Source: Methanocorpusculum sp. (GTDB lineage Archaea > Halobacteriota > Methanomicrobia > Methanomicrobiales > Methanocorpusculaceae). From it: a DNA stretch of 32,000 nt. This document shows, in pieces, positions 16,714 to 25,771 of the stretch (position 1 is the stretch's first letter; each line of letters starts with the position of its first letter). The stretch covers positions 98,948 to 130,947 of the forward strand of contig NZ_JAUSPQ010000004.1 of the NCBI RefSeq assembly GCF_030655665.1, given 5' to 3'. The notes under the pieces were generated by a model. The model saw only the letters and a program-made list of their open reading frames with translations, was not told the origin of the DNA and did no database searches. The position numbers were made by a program, and so were the translations under genes.

Positions 16714-17799
16714 GTGAGAGGTGAAAAAATGCTAGATTTACTAATCGGCTCACTCCTGCTTGGATGGGAGACCCTGCTGGGGTATTTATCCCAACATGTT
16801 GTGACATGCCTTATTCCTGCGTTCTTCATCGCCGGCGCAATTGCAACATTTATCAAAAAAGATGCAATTCTCAAATACTTCAGCCCGGAGACGAATAAGC
16901 TTGTATCTTATGGTATCGCGTCAATTTCCGGCACCGTACTTGCGGTTTGCAGCTGCACGATCCTGCCGATGTTTGCCGGCATTCTCAAAAAAGGGAGCGG
17001 ACTTGGACCTGCCATTACGTTCCTCGTTGCGGGACCTGCAATCAACATTCTTGCGATCATCTACACTGCTCAGGTACTTGGACTCGATCTTGGTCTCGCA
17101 CGGGCATTAGCGGCCGTAGTTATTTCAATTTTGATCGGATTGATTATGATGAAGCTGTTTCCCGCTCACGATACTGAGACGAGAAAGACGTTCGGAGCAG
17201 CACGCAAAGCCGCGATCGCGAGCGAAGCTACCCGGCCAAAATGGGTCGTTCCGGTATTCTTTGTCTTACTGGTTGCGATTCTTCTGGTCGGAACTTCTGC
17301 ATTAGATGCTTTTATCCGACTCTTCATTGTGTTCTTAATCACGATTGTGATCGCCTATCTGCTGATTTACTATTTCACCCGTGATGAAGTAACCGACTGG
17401 GGGATGGAGATCTGGGACCTGACGAAAAAAATCTTCCCGATTCTCATTATAGGTACATTTGCTCTTGGTGTCCTTTCGTTCTTCCTTCCGGCAGAAGTGT
17501 TCAAACCATTCATTGGCGACAACTCAATTCTTGCAAATTTGTTTGCTGCCCTTGTAGGAACGATCCTCTATATGCCGACACTTCTTGAAGTTCCGGTCAT
17601 TGGAACAACACTGGGATACCTGACAGGATCCATGGCGAAAGGCCCTGCCCTCGCACTTCTCCTCACCGGCCCTACAGTCAGCCTGCCGAGTCTTCTTGTT
17701 CTCTATCGTCTCATCGGCGGAAAGAAGACGGTGGTCTATGTATGTCTGATCATAGTTTTTGCGACCATAGCAGGTTTTGTCTTCGGGAATGTATTCTAA
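16714..17799 (+). CDS. DUF318-family permease
   Basis: 361 aa; GIASISGTVLAVCSCTILPMFAGILKKGSGLGPAITFLVAGPAINILAIIYTAQVLG and GTILYMPTLLEVPVIGTTLGYLTGSMAKGPALALLLTGPTVSLPSLLVL. Confidence 0.88.
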   Translation: MRGEKMLDLLIGSLLLGWETLLGYLSQHVVTCLIPAFFIAGAIATFIKKDAILKYFSPETNKLVSYGIASISGTVLAVCSCTILPMFAGILKKGSGLGPAITFLVAGPAINILAIIYTAQVLGLDLGLARALAAVVISILIGLIMMKLFPAHDTETRKTFGAARKAAIASEATRPKWVVPVFFVLLVAILLVGTSALDAFIRLFIVFLITIVIAYLLIYYFTRDEVTDWGMEIWDLTKKIFPILIIGTFALGVLSFFLPAEVFKPFIGDNSILANLFAALVGTILYMPTLLEVPVIGTTLGYLTGSMAKGPALALLLTGPTVSLPSLLVLYRLIGGKKTVVYVCLIIVFATIAGFVFGNVF

Positions 17800-17903
17800 G
17801 GAGGCATAAAAAATCAGGAAGGATAGAAAGAAACAGCAGGGAAGAGTTGATTCCCTTCCCAAAAACCTATTACAAAAAAAATTGAATATACACTGGAACT
17901 ATT

Positions 17904-18140
17904 ATGACAAAAATTGAAATTCTCGGAACAGGATGTGCAAAATGCAAACGGCTTTTTGCCAACACCGAACAGGCTGTAAAAGAACTGAATATTACCGTCG
18001 ATCTGGTCAAGATCGAAAAGCTTGATCAGATCGCCGAACGCGGCGTGATGATGACGCCTGCCCTGATCATTAATGATGAGATCGTGGCCGAAGGCCGGGT
18101 CGCGGATGTGAAAGAGATCAAAGCATTGTTAACGGAGTGA
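17904..18140 (+). CDS. Thioredoxin-like small redox-active disulfide protein
   Basis: 78 aa; EILGTGCAKCKRLFANTEQAVKEL...GVMMTPALIINDEIVAEGRV. Confidence 0.88.
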   Translation: MTKIEILGTGCAKCKRLFANTEQAVKELNITVDLVKIEKLDQIAERGVMMTPALIINDEIVAEGRVADVKEIKALLTE

Positions 18141-18146
18141 AAAAGT

Positions 18147-18602
18147 ATGACAGAAAAACCAACATGTTCGTGCGGACAGAATGAACCAAAACGGCTTCTC
18201 TTCCCATGTGCCGGCCAGTCAAACACCGGACAGATCACAAACCTCGCAGCGATTCAGCTGACGGAAGAAGGCTATGGAAAAATAGTCTGTACTTCACTCC
18301 TTGCAACCGGTAGTGAAGGACTGGTAAAATCTGCAAGAGATGCGGAAGAAGTAGTTGCTCTTGACGGCTGCCCAATGTCCTGTGCAGCAAAGATCGCAGA
18401 GGGACAAGGCGTTGAGGTAGGACAAAAAATTATCGTGACTGAACTTGGAATCGCCAAAGGACCGTCAAAATCCTACACGACAGATGATATCGAGAAGGTC
18501 GTCGCTGCCTGCTGGGCCGGGAATGGGCGAAAGAACGAGCCGGTGAAAAAAGGTTCAGACAATAAAAAATCCACGTGCGGATGCGGCGGATCGTGCAAGT
18601 GA
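18147..18602 (+). CDS. DGC-domain/putative zinc-binding Cys-rich protein
   Basis: 151 aa; LLFPCAGQSNTGQITNLAAIQLTEEGYG...VVALDGCPMSCAAKIAEGQG; Cys-rich ends CSCG and CGCGGSCK. Confidence 0.8.
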   Translation: MTEKPTCSCGQNEPKRLLFPCAGQSNTGQITNLAAIQLTEEGYGKIVCTSLLATGSEGLVKSARDAEEVVALDGCPMSCAAKIAEGQGVEVGQKIIVTELGIAKGPSKSYTTDDIEKVVAACWAGNGRKNEPVKKGSDNKKSTCGCGGSCK

Positions 18603-18618
18603 TCAGAAGAGGTCGAAT

Positions 18619-18963
18619 GTGCCAATTACGTTGATTACCTGTTCGGGTATTTCAAACACCGGGAAACTGACTACCCAGGCCGCCCTTGCTCTCTTACAGA
18701 GGAGACCGGGCGGATATCTCTGGGTGCGTGCAGAGCAGGGAGCCGATATGCTTGCAGATGGGATCGACGATGCGGATTGTGTGATCGTGCTTGACGGCTG
18801 CACTGACTGCTGTGCAAAGAAGAAGCTTGCCGAGGCAGGATTCACCCATGACCATCATGTGATCACGACGGAGATCGGGATCACGAAGAACGGTATGGCG
18901 GACGTGCAGTTTGCCGAGATCGAGAAGGTCGTAAACACGATTCTGCAGGTGAAGCGGGAATGA
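18619..18963 (+). CDS. DGC-domain/putative zinc-binding protein, paralogue of preceding gene
   Basis: 114 aa; ITCSGISNTGKLTTQAALALLQRRPG...CVIVLDGCTDCCAKKKLAEAG. Confidence 0.8.
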   Translation: MPITLITCSGISNTGKLTTQAALALLQRRPGGYLWVRAEQGADMLADGIDDADCVIVLDGCTDCCAKKKLAEAGFTHDHHVITTEIGITKNGMADVQFAEIEKVVNTILQVKRE

Positions 18964-18992
18964 TCCACTTTTTTGAAAAGCAAAAAAGAAAA

Positions 18993-20102
18993 TTATTGTG
19001 TATCGTACAGTTTCACGACATCACGCATTTGAGAAGCATATTTGTAGATATCCGGCGTTGACGTAATTGGATACTTCTCCTCTTTTCCATTGACAAATAT
19101 CGTGATGTAACGCTTTGTCTGACTATTGAAATGTAACCGGCAGATGGGTTTTCGGTTATTATCATCCAAAATAATGCCGCAGTATGTTTTTACATCCCTC
19201 ATTATAACCCGTGTGGGATCCACCGTATCACTCAGAATCGCACGAACGATTAAAAATCCCTCCCTTTCCTCATCAGTGGTGATAATGTCTGACTCTTCCT
19301 CGACATTTTCTTCAATTTCTTTTGGTTGTTCGGGTATTTCGGGGGACATCGCAGATTTGAGACGGTCATTGATGATATCATTGATGAACTGATGCAAGGC
19401 ACGCTTGGTTATTTCCGTGAAGTTATTTACTACATTTTTGGTGAGAAGCCCATCGTAAATCTGATGTGCAAAATATTTCACGAAATCCTGCGACGGATTT
19501 TCCATCTCCTGAGCAAGGATAAGCTTCATCGCTTTGATATATTTCATATTCATAGCAGACGGCAGGATCTTATCCACATTGAAGCTCTCCTTTCTGAATT
19601 GTTTTAAATTCTCCGCACTTTGCTCAGTGAGATTAAGCAGATCCACATCAAGGAAAGGTTTTGTGTCCATCTTGTTTAGAGCTTCGCAATCCGAATAAAA
19701 CAGATACTTTACCCCATTTGTCAGAATACCGATTTTTGCAGGACCCACAGAGAAATAGCGGAATAGTTGTGACATGTGAACCGTTGCCAGATCAGTACCA
19801 ACGGTTTTACATTCAATAAGAATGATGGGTTTTCCATCCTGCATAATAGCATAATCTATTTTTTCTCCTTTTTTGATTCCAACATCCGCAATGCACTCCG
19901 GACAAACCTCAGTCGGATCAAATACATTATACCCCAGAATCTGGAGGAAAGGCATTACCAATCCAGTTTTTGTTGCCTCCTCAGTTTTTATACCTTCAAC
20001 GATTTTTGGAATTCTGTTTGAAAAAACGCATAATTGTTCATTAAAATCCATATTACTCACATGATAGAAATACATCTCAACAATATATAGATGTTTGCTC
20101 AT
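18993..20102 (-). CDS. Type I restriction enzyme R N-terminal-like (HsdR_N/COG4748-like) protein
   Basis: 369 aa; GIKKGEKIDYAIMQDGKPIILIECKTVGTDLATVHMSQLFRYFSVGPAKIGILTNGVKYLFYSD: PD-(D/E)XK motif D...ECK. Confidence 0.82.
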   Translation of the reverse strand: MSKHLYIVEMYFYHVSNMDFNEQLCVFSNRIPKIVEGIKTEEATKTGLVMPFLQILGYNVFDPTEVCPECIADVGIKKGEKIDYAIMQDGKPIILIECKTVGTDLATVHMSQLFRYFSVGPAKIGILTNGVKYLFYSDCEALNKMDTKPFLDVDLLNLTEQSAENLKQFRKESFNVDKILPSAMNMKYIKAMKLILAQEMENPSQDFVKYFAHQIYDGLLTKNVVNNFTEITKRALHQFINDIINDRLKSAMSPEIPEQPKEIEENVEEESDIITTDEEREGFLIVRAILSDTVDPTRVIMRDVKTYCGIILDDNNRKPICRLHFNSQTKRYITIFVNGKEEKYPITSTPDIYKYASQMRDVVKLYDTQ

Positions 20103-20222
20103 TTTTTCAAAAAAACATGATGTTTTATCGGCGTATCATCACTATTTTCCTCCACCACTATGCAATTTTACCTGTTGAGTACCCTCACCTATATCATGGG
20201 TAAATTACTATAATATAGGTCA

Positions 20223-21428
20223 ATGCAGAGCATTCGTGTTTTCTGGTACAAAGGCGTGTACAGAACGGCACGTTTTATTGCCAGTCCGGCAATGGGACGG
20301 AAATTACATTATACCTACGATATAGTCACCCCAAAGCATACTCCCCATATGGTCTTCTCCAACCACACCACCCTGTGGGATCACCTGATGATCGGCATGG
20401 CGGTCAAAGGGCACATGTATTATGTGGCAGGCGAACACCTGTTTCGAAAAAAATCAACGCGGTTTTGTGGAGCTTTTCTGCTCGACCCGATCATCCGAAA
20501 GAAAGGGGCGCCCGCCGGTGAAGTCATCCATGATATCAAAGAGAGACTCAGTGCAGGTCATAATGTCTGGATGTCCCCCGAAGGGGTCAGATCTATCAAC
20601 GGCGAGACCGCGTTCATCTCGCCCGGGACCGGAAAACTGGTCAAAGAATGCGGAGATCTCGGCGCCTCGCTGATCACCTACCGGATGCACGGCGGATATC
20701 TGCGCCGCCCACGGTGGGGAAAAACCCAGCGTGACGGCAAAATGCGGGGAGAGTTCGTACACGAATACTTACCTGACGAGCTGAAGAGCATGACCGTCGA
20801 TCAGATCAATGAAGCAATCAACCGCGATCTGTACGTGAATACGTTCGATGACCAGAAAAAGGACCCGCAGCCCTACACCGGCACGGATCTTGCCGAGTAT
20901 CTGGAAACCATCCTCTACATCTGCCCGGAGTGTAAACAGATGGGCAAACTGCATAGTAAAGGAGATATCCTTTCCTGCGAATGCGGCTATGCGGTGAAAT
21001 TCAACGAGTTCGGTCTGTTTGAGCCGGCGTCCGATCACCCGCTTCACTTTGACAACATCGTCTCCTGGGATCACTGGCAGCGGGATCTGATCAAGGAGAA
21101 TCTGCCGGCGTATCTCGCGACCCCGAAGGATGTCCCGATCGAGTCGGACGAGGGGCAGATCCTTGGAAAGATCGGAGCGATGAAGTCGGTCGAGGATCTC
21201 GGCACCGGAAGATTTTCGGTCTATGTGGACAGACTTGAGTTCGACGGCGACAAAGGGAAATTCGTGTTCCCGTTTGCGGATATCGAAGGGTTTGCGTTTT
21301 CTCTGCAGATGAAGATCCTCTTCTCGATGCACGACGGAACATATTACGAAGTCGAGTCGAAGATCCCGCGGTCTGCGGCAAAATATATGGTGCTTTACCG
21401 GTTTTTGATCGGTAAAGAGTATAAGTGA
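20223..21428 (+). CDS. PlsC-like 1-acyl-sn-glycerol-3-phosphate acyltransferase domain protein
   Basis: 401 aa; VFSNHTTLWDHLMIGMAVKGHMYYVAGEHLF, MSPEGVRSINGE; C-terminal part has CxxC zinc-ribbon-like ICPECKQMG...LSCECGY. Confidence 0.75.
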   Translation: MQSIRVFWYKGVYRTARFIASPAMGRKLHYTYDIVTPKHTPHMVFSNHTTLWDHLMIGMAVKGHMYYVAGEHLFRKKSTRFCGAFLLDPIIRKKGAPAGEVIHDIKERLSAGHNVWMSPEGVRSINGETAFISPGTGKLVKECGDLGASLITYRMHGGYLRRPRWGKTQRDGKMRGEFVHEYLPDELKSMTVDQINEAINRDLYVNTFDDQKKDPQPYTGTDLAEYLETILYICPECKQMGKLHSKGDILSCECGYAVKFNEFGLFEPASDHPLHFDNIVSWDHWQRDLIKENLPAYLATPKDVPIESDEGQILGKIGAMKSVEDLGTGRFSVYVDRLEFDGDKGKFVFPFADIEGFAFSLQMKILFSMHDGTYYEVESKIPRSAAKYMVLYRFLIGKEYK

Positions 21429-21506
21429 GACCTGCATTAGCAGGCAGTTTTCTTTTTTTCAGGCGGGCGGATGAGAGTAGTCACCCGCGAGCAGGCAAAA
21501 AACAGT

Positions 21507-22445
21507 TTACAGGATCGTTGCCTGGATCCTGTCCTCTAGTTTCTGCAACAGATCTTTTTCATCCTCCCACAGGATGAGGTTGTCGTATTGTATGTCGAAG
21601 TGGAGCCGGTTTACCTTCTTGCCGTCCTTTTCCTCCTCAAACCATTTCTTGTTACAGGTTTTGATGACTTCGCGTCCAAGCCCTTTTGCATATCCTGCTT
21701 CATAATAGACCGACAGGGGGTTGGAGGTGAAGTCTGCGATGATAAAACGGCTGGTTTTGATGCCGGCAATGACTTTGTCGGTGATGTCTCCCGGGTATTT
21801 CGTTTCATCAATGGTGAAGACGGAGAAGCCAAACTTTGCGCATGCGGGTTTGATTCCTTCTTCGTATACTGATTTGAAATCGTCGGTACATTTCATGGCG
21901 ACGAATACGGCGGTGGAGTTATTATTGCCTGATAGAAGAGATTCGGCGTATTTCATTCCTTCTACGGTGATGAAATATCCGCAGTCGTATTCACCGAACC
22001 GTGCCTGACGTTCGCAGAGATAGCCGATATCGGTCAGGATAGAGACCATGAGATTGAACTCGGCAGCATCTTCCGCGTAGCATACGGACGGGGGATATTT
22101 TGCGAGTTTGGAGATATGGTTTTTGAATCCCGACCCTATGCTGTAGATAAACAGTATGAGTTTATCCAGTTTCTGCATGGGGGTTCGTGGAATACGCGAA
22201 TCGGACAGGACGAAAGGAAGCGTCCCGGCATTGATCCGTATGGAGTGGGATCTCATGCGGGTTTCAAAGAGAAATCCGGAAAGAACTACTTTATGTTCCT
22301 GGATCAGGGGGAGATCTTCATCCGCAAGTTCATAGGCAAAGCAGAAATCACATTTGTAGGTGGGAAGATTACTCCCTGCTCTTGAGTGTATATAACAGTG
22401 CTCTCCGCATATTGGACATTTCACTTCTTCCATATTATCGTCCAC
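21507..22445 (-). CDS. Zinc-ribbon plus nucleoside 2-deoxyribosyltransferase/TIR-like domain protein
   Basis: 312 aa; N-terminal CPICGEHC...CDFC. C-terminal AVFVAMKCTDDFKSVYEEGIKPACAKFGFSVFTIDETKYPGDITDKVIAGIKTSRFIIADFTSNPLSVYYEAGYAKGLGREVI. Confidence 0.65.
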   Translation of the reverse strand: MDDNMEEVKCPICGEHCYIHSRAGSNLPTYKCDFCFAYELADEDLPLIQEHKVVLSGFLFETRMRSHSIRINAGTLPFVLSDSRIPRTPMQKLDKLILFIYSIGSGFKNHISKLAKYPPSVCYAEDAAEFNLMVSILTDIGYLCERQARFGEYDCGYFITVEGMKYAESLLSGNNNSTAVFVAMKCTDDFKSVYEEGIKPACAKFGFSVFTIDETKYPGDITDKVIAGIKTSRFIIADFTSNPLSVYYEAGYAKGLGREVIKTCNKKWFEEEKDGKKVNRLHFDIQYDNLILWEDEKDLLQKLEDRIQATIL

Positions 22446-22636
22446 GAGAATTCTGCAGCATTAACGCCGGATAAGAAATCATCCAAAAATATGGGTAACC
22501 AAAACTAATTAAAGCATTAAGTTTGGAGGGTCTGTAATAAGGATGGAATCAGGTCCTTATTGGGGGTTCCATGCGAAAATAAAAAGAACCCCGTACGGGT
22601 AAGTCGTCATAGTACATTCTGCATGCCCATTGCTCT

Positions 22637-22724
22637 TTACTTCTCCCCTGTGAGAAACCCTTCCTCGGGTTTCTCATCATGCTATTTGAAAACTCGTCGA
22701 AGGGTTTCCACAGGGCAGAAGTAA
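22637..22724. repeat. Long near-perfect inverted repeat with nested alternative hairpin
   Basis: TTACTTCTCCCCTGTGAGAAACCCTTC (22637-22663) pairs with GAAGGGTTTCCACAGGGCAGAAGTAA (22699-22724). Internal GAGAAACCC/GGGTTTCTC (22652-22660 and 22667-22675). Confidence 0.85.
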
Positions 22725-22769
22725 GGGATGGACGGATCTTCTGCACATAGCAGACGATACCCAACTCCC

Positions 22770-22796
22770 AAAAAAAGCAGCGGGGTATGACCCCGC
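22770..22796 (-). terminator. Hairpin plus T tract terminator after purH
   Basis: Minus strand GCGGGGT-CAT-ACCCCGC followed shortly by TTTTTTT; lies just beyond the purH stop. Confidence 0.65.
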
Positions 22797-22808
22797 AAAA
22801 ATATGTTT

Positions 22809-24302
22809 TTAATGTCTGAAGTGCCGTGTTCCGGTGAACACGACCGCGACACCGAGTTCATCCGCTTTTGCGAGCACCTCGGCGTCACGGATCGAGCCAC
22901 CCGGCTGAATAAGCGCAGTTGCCCCAGCGGCAGCCGCCACTTCCAGTGTATCCGAGAACGGCAGGAACGCATCGGACCCGATCACGGTTCCTTTCATCGT
23001 TCTGCCGAACTCCGCAGCTTTCTGGACAGCGAGCTTTGCCGAGTCCACACGGTTCATCTGACCAACACCGATACCAACCGTCTCGGTCTTGTTCGCGTAG
23101 ATGATCGCATTACTTTTAGCGTACTTGACCACCTTCCAGGCGAGTTTGAGTGCTTCGACTTCGTCCGGGGTCGGGGCACGCTTTGAGACGACCTTCCAGT
23201 CCTCGATGTATGCCGGGGTCCTCTGAACGAGAATACCGCCGTCGATTGTGCGGATCTCGTCCGCAGGTTCTGCCGGAGGAAGAAGCAGAAGACGCATGTT
23301 CTGTTTCGTCTTCATCATCTCACGTGCCTCGTCGCTGAACGACGGAGCGATCAGGACCTCAACGAACGTCGAGCAGATCTCCTTGGCGATCTCGGTATCG
23401 ACAGGTGTACTCATCGCAACGACCGAGCCGTAGGCCGAAACCGGATCGACATCCCGGGCCTTGAGATACGACTCAAGCTGATTCTTTCCGACAGCCACAC
23501 CGCACGGATTATTGTGCTTCACGATTACCGTCGCAAATCCATCTAGTTCTCTGCACAAACTGACGGCGGCGTGAACATCAAGATAATTGTTGTAGGACAT
23601 CTCTTTGCCCTGCAGAGCGACCTGACCGGCGATGCCGGACGTCCCGTAGACGGCGGCCATCTGATGCGGATTTTCTCCGTATCTGAGTTTTCTGCCGTTT
23701 CCAAACTGAACAGTGTATACATCCGGGAACTCCTTCTCGATGCCGTTGAGATAGTTGGAGATCAAAGCATCGTATGCAGCCGTGCGGGTGAATGCTTTCG
23801 TTGCAAGACGGAGTTTCTGCTCCGGGGTGAACCCTCCTGTTTTGATCGCTTCGATAGCCATCGGATAATCAGATGGATCGGTCAAAACGGCAACATCCTT
23901 GTAGTTCTTGGATGCCGCACGGATCATGGCGGGGCCGCCGATATCGACGAACTCGATGAGTTCCTCGAGCGGGAGATTCTTCTTGGACATCTCCTCGAAC
24001 GGATACAGATTGACACAGAGGATGTCGATCGGCTCAATGCCGTGTTTTGCCATGACTTCATCGTCGATGCCTCTGCGGCCAAGAAGACCGCCGTGGACCT
24101 TCGGGTGGAGGGTCTTTACACGGCCGTCCATCATCTCAGGAAAACAGGTATAGTCTGAAACGTCTTTTGCAGGAATGCCGGCTTCACGCAGAGCCTTTGC
24201 CGTTCCGCCTGAACTTAAGATTCCAATGTTTTTTGCAATCAGGGCACGGGCGAGATCAAGGATCCCGGTCTTGTCCCAGACTGACAGCAGTGCAAGAGTC
24301 AT
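22809..24302 (-). CDS. purH: Bifunctional AICAR formyltransferase/IMP cyclohydrolase
   Basis: 497 aa; ALLSVWDKTGILDLARALIAKNIGILSSGGTAKALREAG, DGRVKTLHPKVHGGLLGRR, KHNNPCGVA, QPGGSIRDAEV. Confidence 0.96.
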   Translation of the reverse strand: MTLALLSVWDKTGILDLARALIAKNIGILSSGGTAKALREAGIPAKDVSDYTCFPEMMDGRVKTLHPKVHGGLLGRRGIDDEVMAKHGIEPIDILCVNLYPFEEMSKKNLPLEELIEFVDIGGPAMIRAASKNYKDVAVLTDPSDYPMAIEAIKTGGFTPEQKLRLATKAFTRTAAYDALISNYLNGIEKEFPDVYTVQFGNGRKLRYGENPHQMAAVYGTSGIAGQVALQGKEMSYNNYLDVHAAVSLCRELDGFATVIVKHNNPCGVAVGKNQLESYLKARDVDPVSAYGSVVAMSTPVDTEIAKEICSTFVEVLIAPSFSDEAREMMKTKQNMRLLLLPPAEPADEIRTIDGGILVQRTPAYIEDWKVVSKRAPTPDEVEALKLAWKVVKYAKSNAIIYANKTETVGIGVGQMNRVDSAKLAVQKAAEFGRTMKGTVIGSDAFLPFSDTLEVAAAAGATALIQPGGSIRDAEVLAKADELGVAVVFTGTRHFRH

Positions 24303-24540
24303 TATCTATTACTATAGACGCGAGGGTTAATTAAGGGTAGCACATCTTAACCAGAGTGCTGAGAATACAGTGAAAAATCAGGGTGGGGACCGGGGTTGAT
24401 CCGGAGTATTCGGCCCTTGCGAAGATTCCCGGTCCTGGGGTGTTTACGGATATATTGTGTGAGGGGTAAGGCCTTCACGCGGGGTTGCGTGAAGGTAAAC
24501 ACTCGCTTCGGATGTAGTGAGAATAAATCCTCACTTGGTC

Positions 24541-24557
24541 GCAAATCAAAGATTTGC
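24541..24557. repeat. GCAAATC-NNN-GATTTGC palindromic repeat unit
   Basis: In reverse complement, GGGGAGCAAATCTTTGATTTGCGACC, matching the unit at 3928-3944. Confidence 0.7.
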
Positions 24558-24567
24558 TCCCCGTTTC

Positions 24568-24600
24568 GGATTTGGTGACGGTTTTACCGTCACCAAATCC
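24568..24600 (-). terminator. Perfect 15-bp stem hairpin immediately after dnaJ stop
   Basis: GGATTTGGTGACGGT-TTT-ACCGTCACCAAATCC. Confidence 0.55.
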
Positions 24601-24604
24601 TCAC

Positions 24605-25744
24605 TTACTTAAAGATCCCTCGTTTCTTCCGGCCTTCCTTCTCATCATCCTTGGATGATGAGGGAGAACCGGCACTTCCCTCTGCCTTCAGAAGCTTTTC
24701 ATACAGCTCTTTTTCAGCCGAGGAGATCTTCTTAGGGGTCGCGATCACGATCCTGACAAGCAGGTTTCCATAATTGCCGCGTCTTCGAACACCTTCGCCG
24801 GCGATCCGGAGACGGGTCCCGTAGGCAATTCCTGCCGGCACCTTCAGCGCGACCTTCGTTCTGTCGATCGTCTCGATCTCGACCTCGCAGCCGAGGACCG
24901 CCTGTGCCGGCGAGATCTCATACTGCGTGATCAGATTGTCATCCTCGCGGTCGAACTTCGGATTCGACACGACATAGACTTCGATATACAGATCGCCGTT
25001 TCTCGCTCCGTAATCTCCTGCCTCGCCGTATCCTTCCATACGCAGACGCATGCCGCTGTCGATTCCTGCAGGTACACTGACCGTCACCTTACGGCGAACC
25101 TTGGTCCTCCCCGTCCCGTTACATTTCTTACACGGAGACTCGGGGATCTTCCCTCTTCCACCGCAATTTGGACACGGGGACTGGGTGACCATCTGGCCGA
25201 AGATCGAGTTCTTCACCTGTTTGATCTGACCAGTTCCGCCGCATTTACTGCATGTGGTGGTCTTCTTCGTTGAACTGCCTGTCCCGTCACAATCAGGACA
25301 GCTTTCCATATGCATGACCTCGATCTCTTTCTGTGCTCCGAATACCGCTTCCTCAAGCGTTATCTGGATCCGCATCAAAAGATCGTCGCCCTCTCTTGGT
25401 CCGCTCTGTTTGCGGCCCCCTCCGCCAAAGAAATCGAAGATATCTCCGAATCCCGAGAAGTCCGCATTGAATCCTGCGCCTCCTGCGCCTCCAGCACCAG
25501 AGTAGTTACCCTTCGATGCATTCGTGAAATTATCATGTCCAATCTGATCATACTGCCGGCGTTTCGTCTCGTCTGAAAGAACATCATACGCCTCGTTGAT
25601 CGACTTGAACTTCTCCTCAGCCCCGTCATCCTTGCAGACATCCGGGTGATATTTCTTGGCGAGGTTTCGGTAAGCCTTTTTAATGTCTGTCTCCGTAGCA
25701 TTACGGGGCAAACCTAAGACATCATAGTACGATTCCGAACCCAT
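24605..25744 (-). CDS. dnaJ: Chaperone protein DnaJ
   Basis: 379 aa; J-domain [32 protein letters not shown] region, four CxxCxGxG repeats. Confidence 0.98.
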   Translation of the reverse strand: MGSESYYDVLGLPRNATETDIKKAYRNLAKKYHPDVCKDDGAEEKFKSINEAYDVLSDETKRRQYDQIGHDNFTNASKGNYSGAGGAGGAGFNADFSGFGDIFDFFGGGGRKQSGPREGDDLLMRIQITLEEAVFGAQKEIEVMHMESCPDCDGTGSSTKKTTTCSKCGGTGQIKQVKNSIFGQMVTQSPCPNCGGRGKIPESPCKKCNGTGRTKVRRKVTVSVPAGIDSGMRLRMEGYGEAGDYGARNGDLYIEVYVVSNPKFDREDDNLITQYEISPAQAVLGCEVEIETIDRTKVALKVPAGIAYGTRLRIAGEGVRRRGNYGNLLVRIVIATPKKISSAEKELYEKLLKAEGSAGSPSSSKDDEKEGRKKRGIFK

Positions 25745-25771
25745 TTCTTACATTCCCAAAAAAAAGGAGGT

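Noticed and set aside
22549-22764. 71-aa minus-strand ORF
   Set aside because: Coincides with the long inverted-repeat element; probably non-coding.
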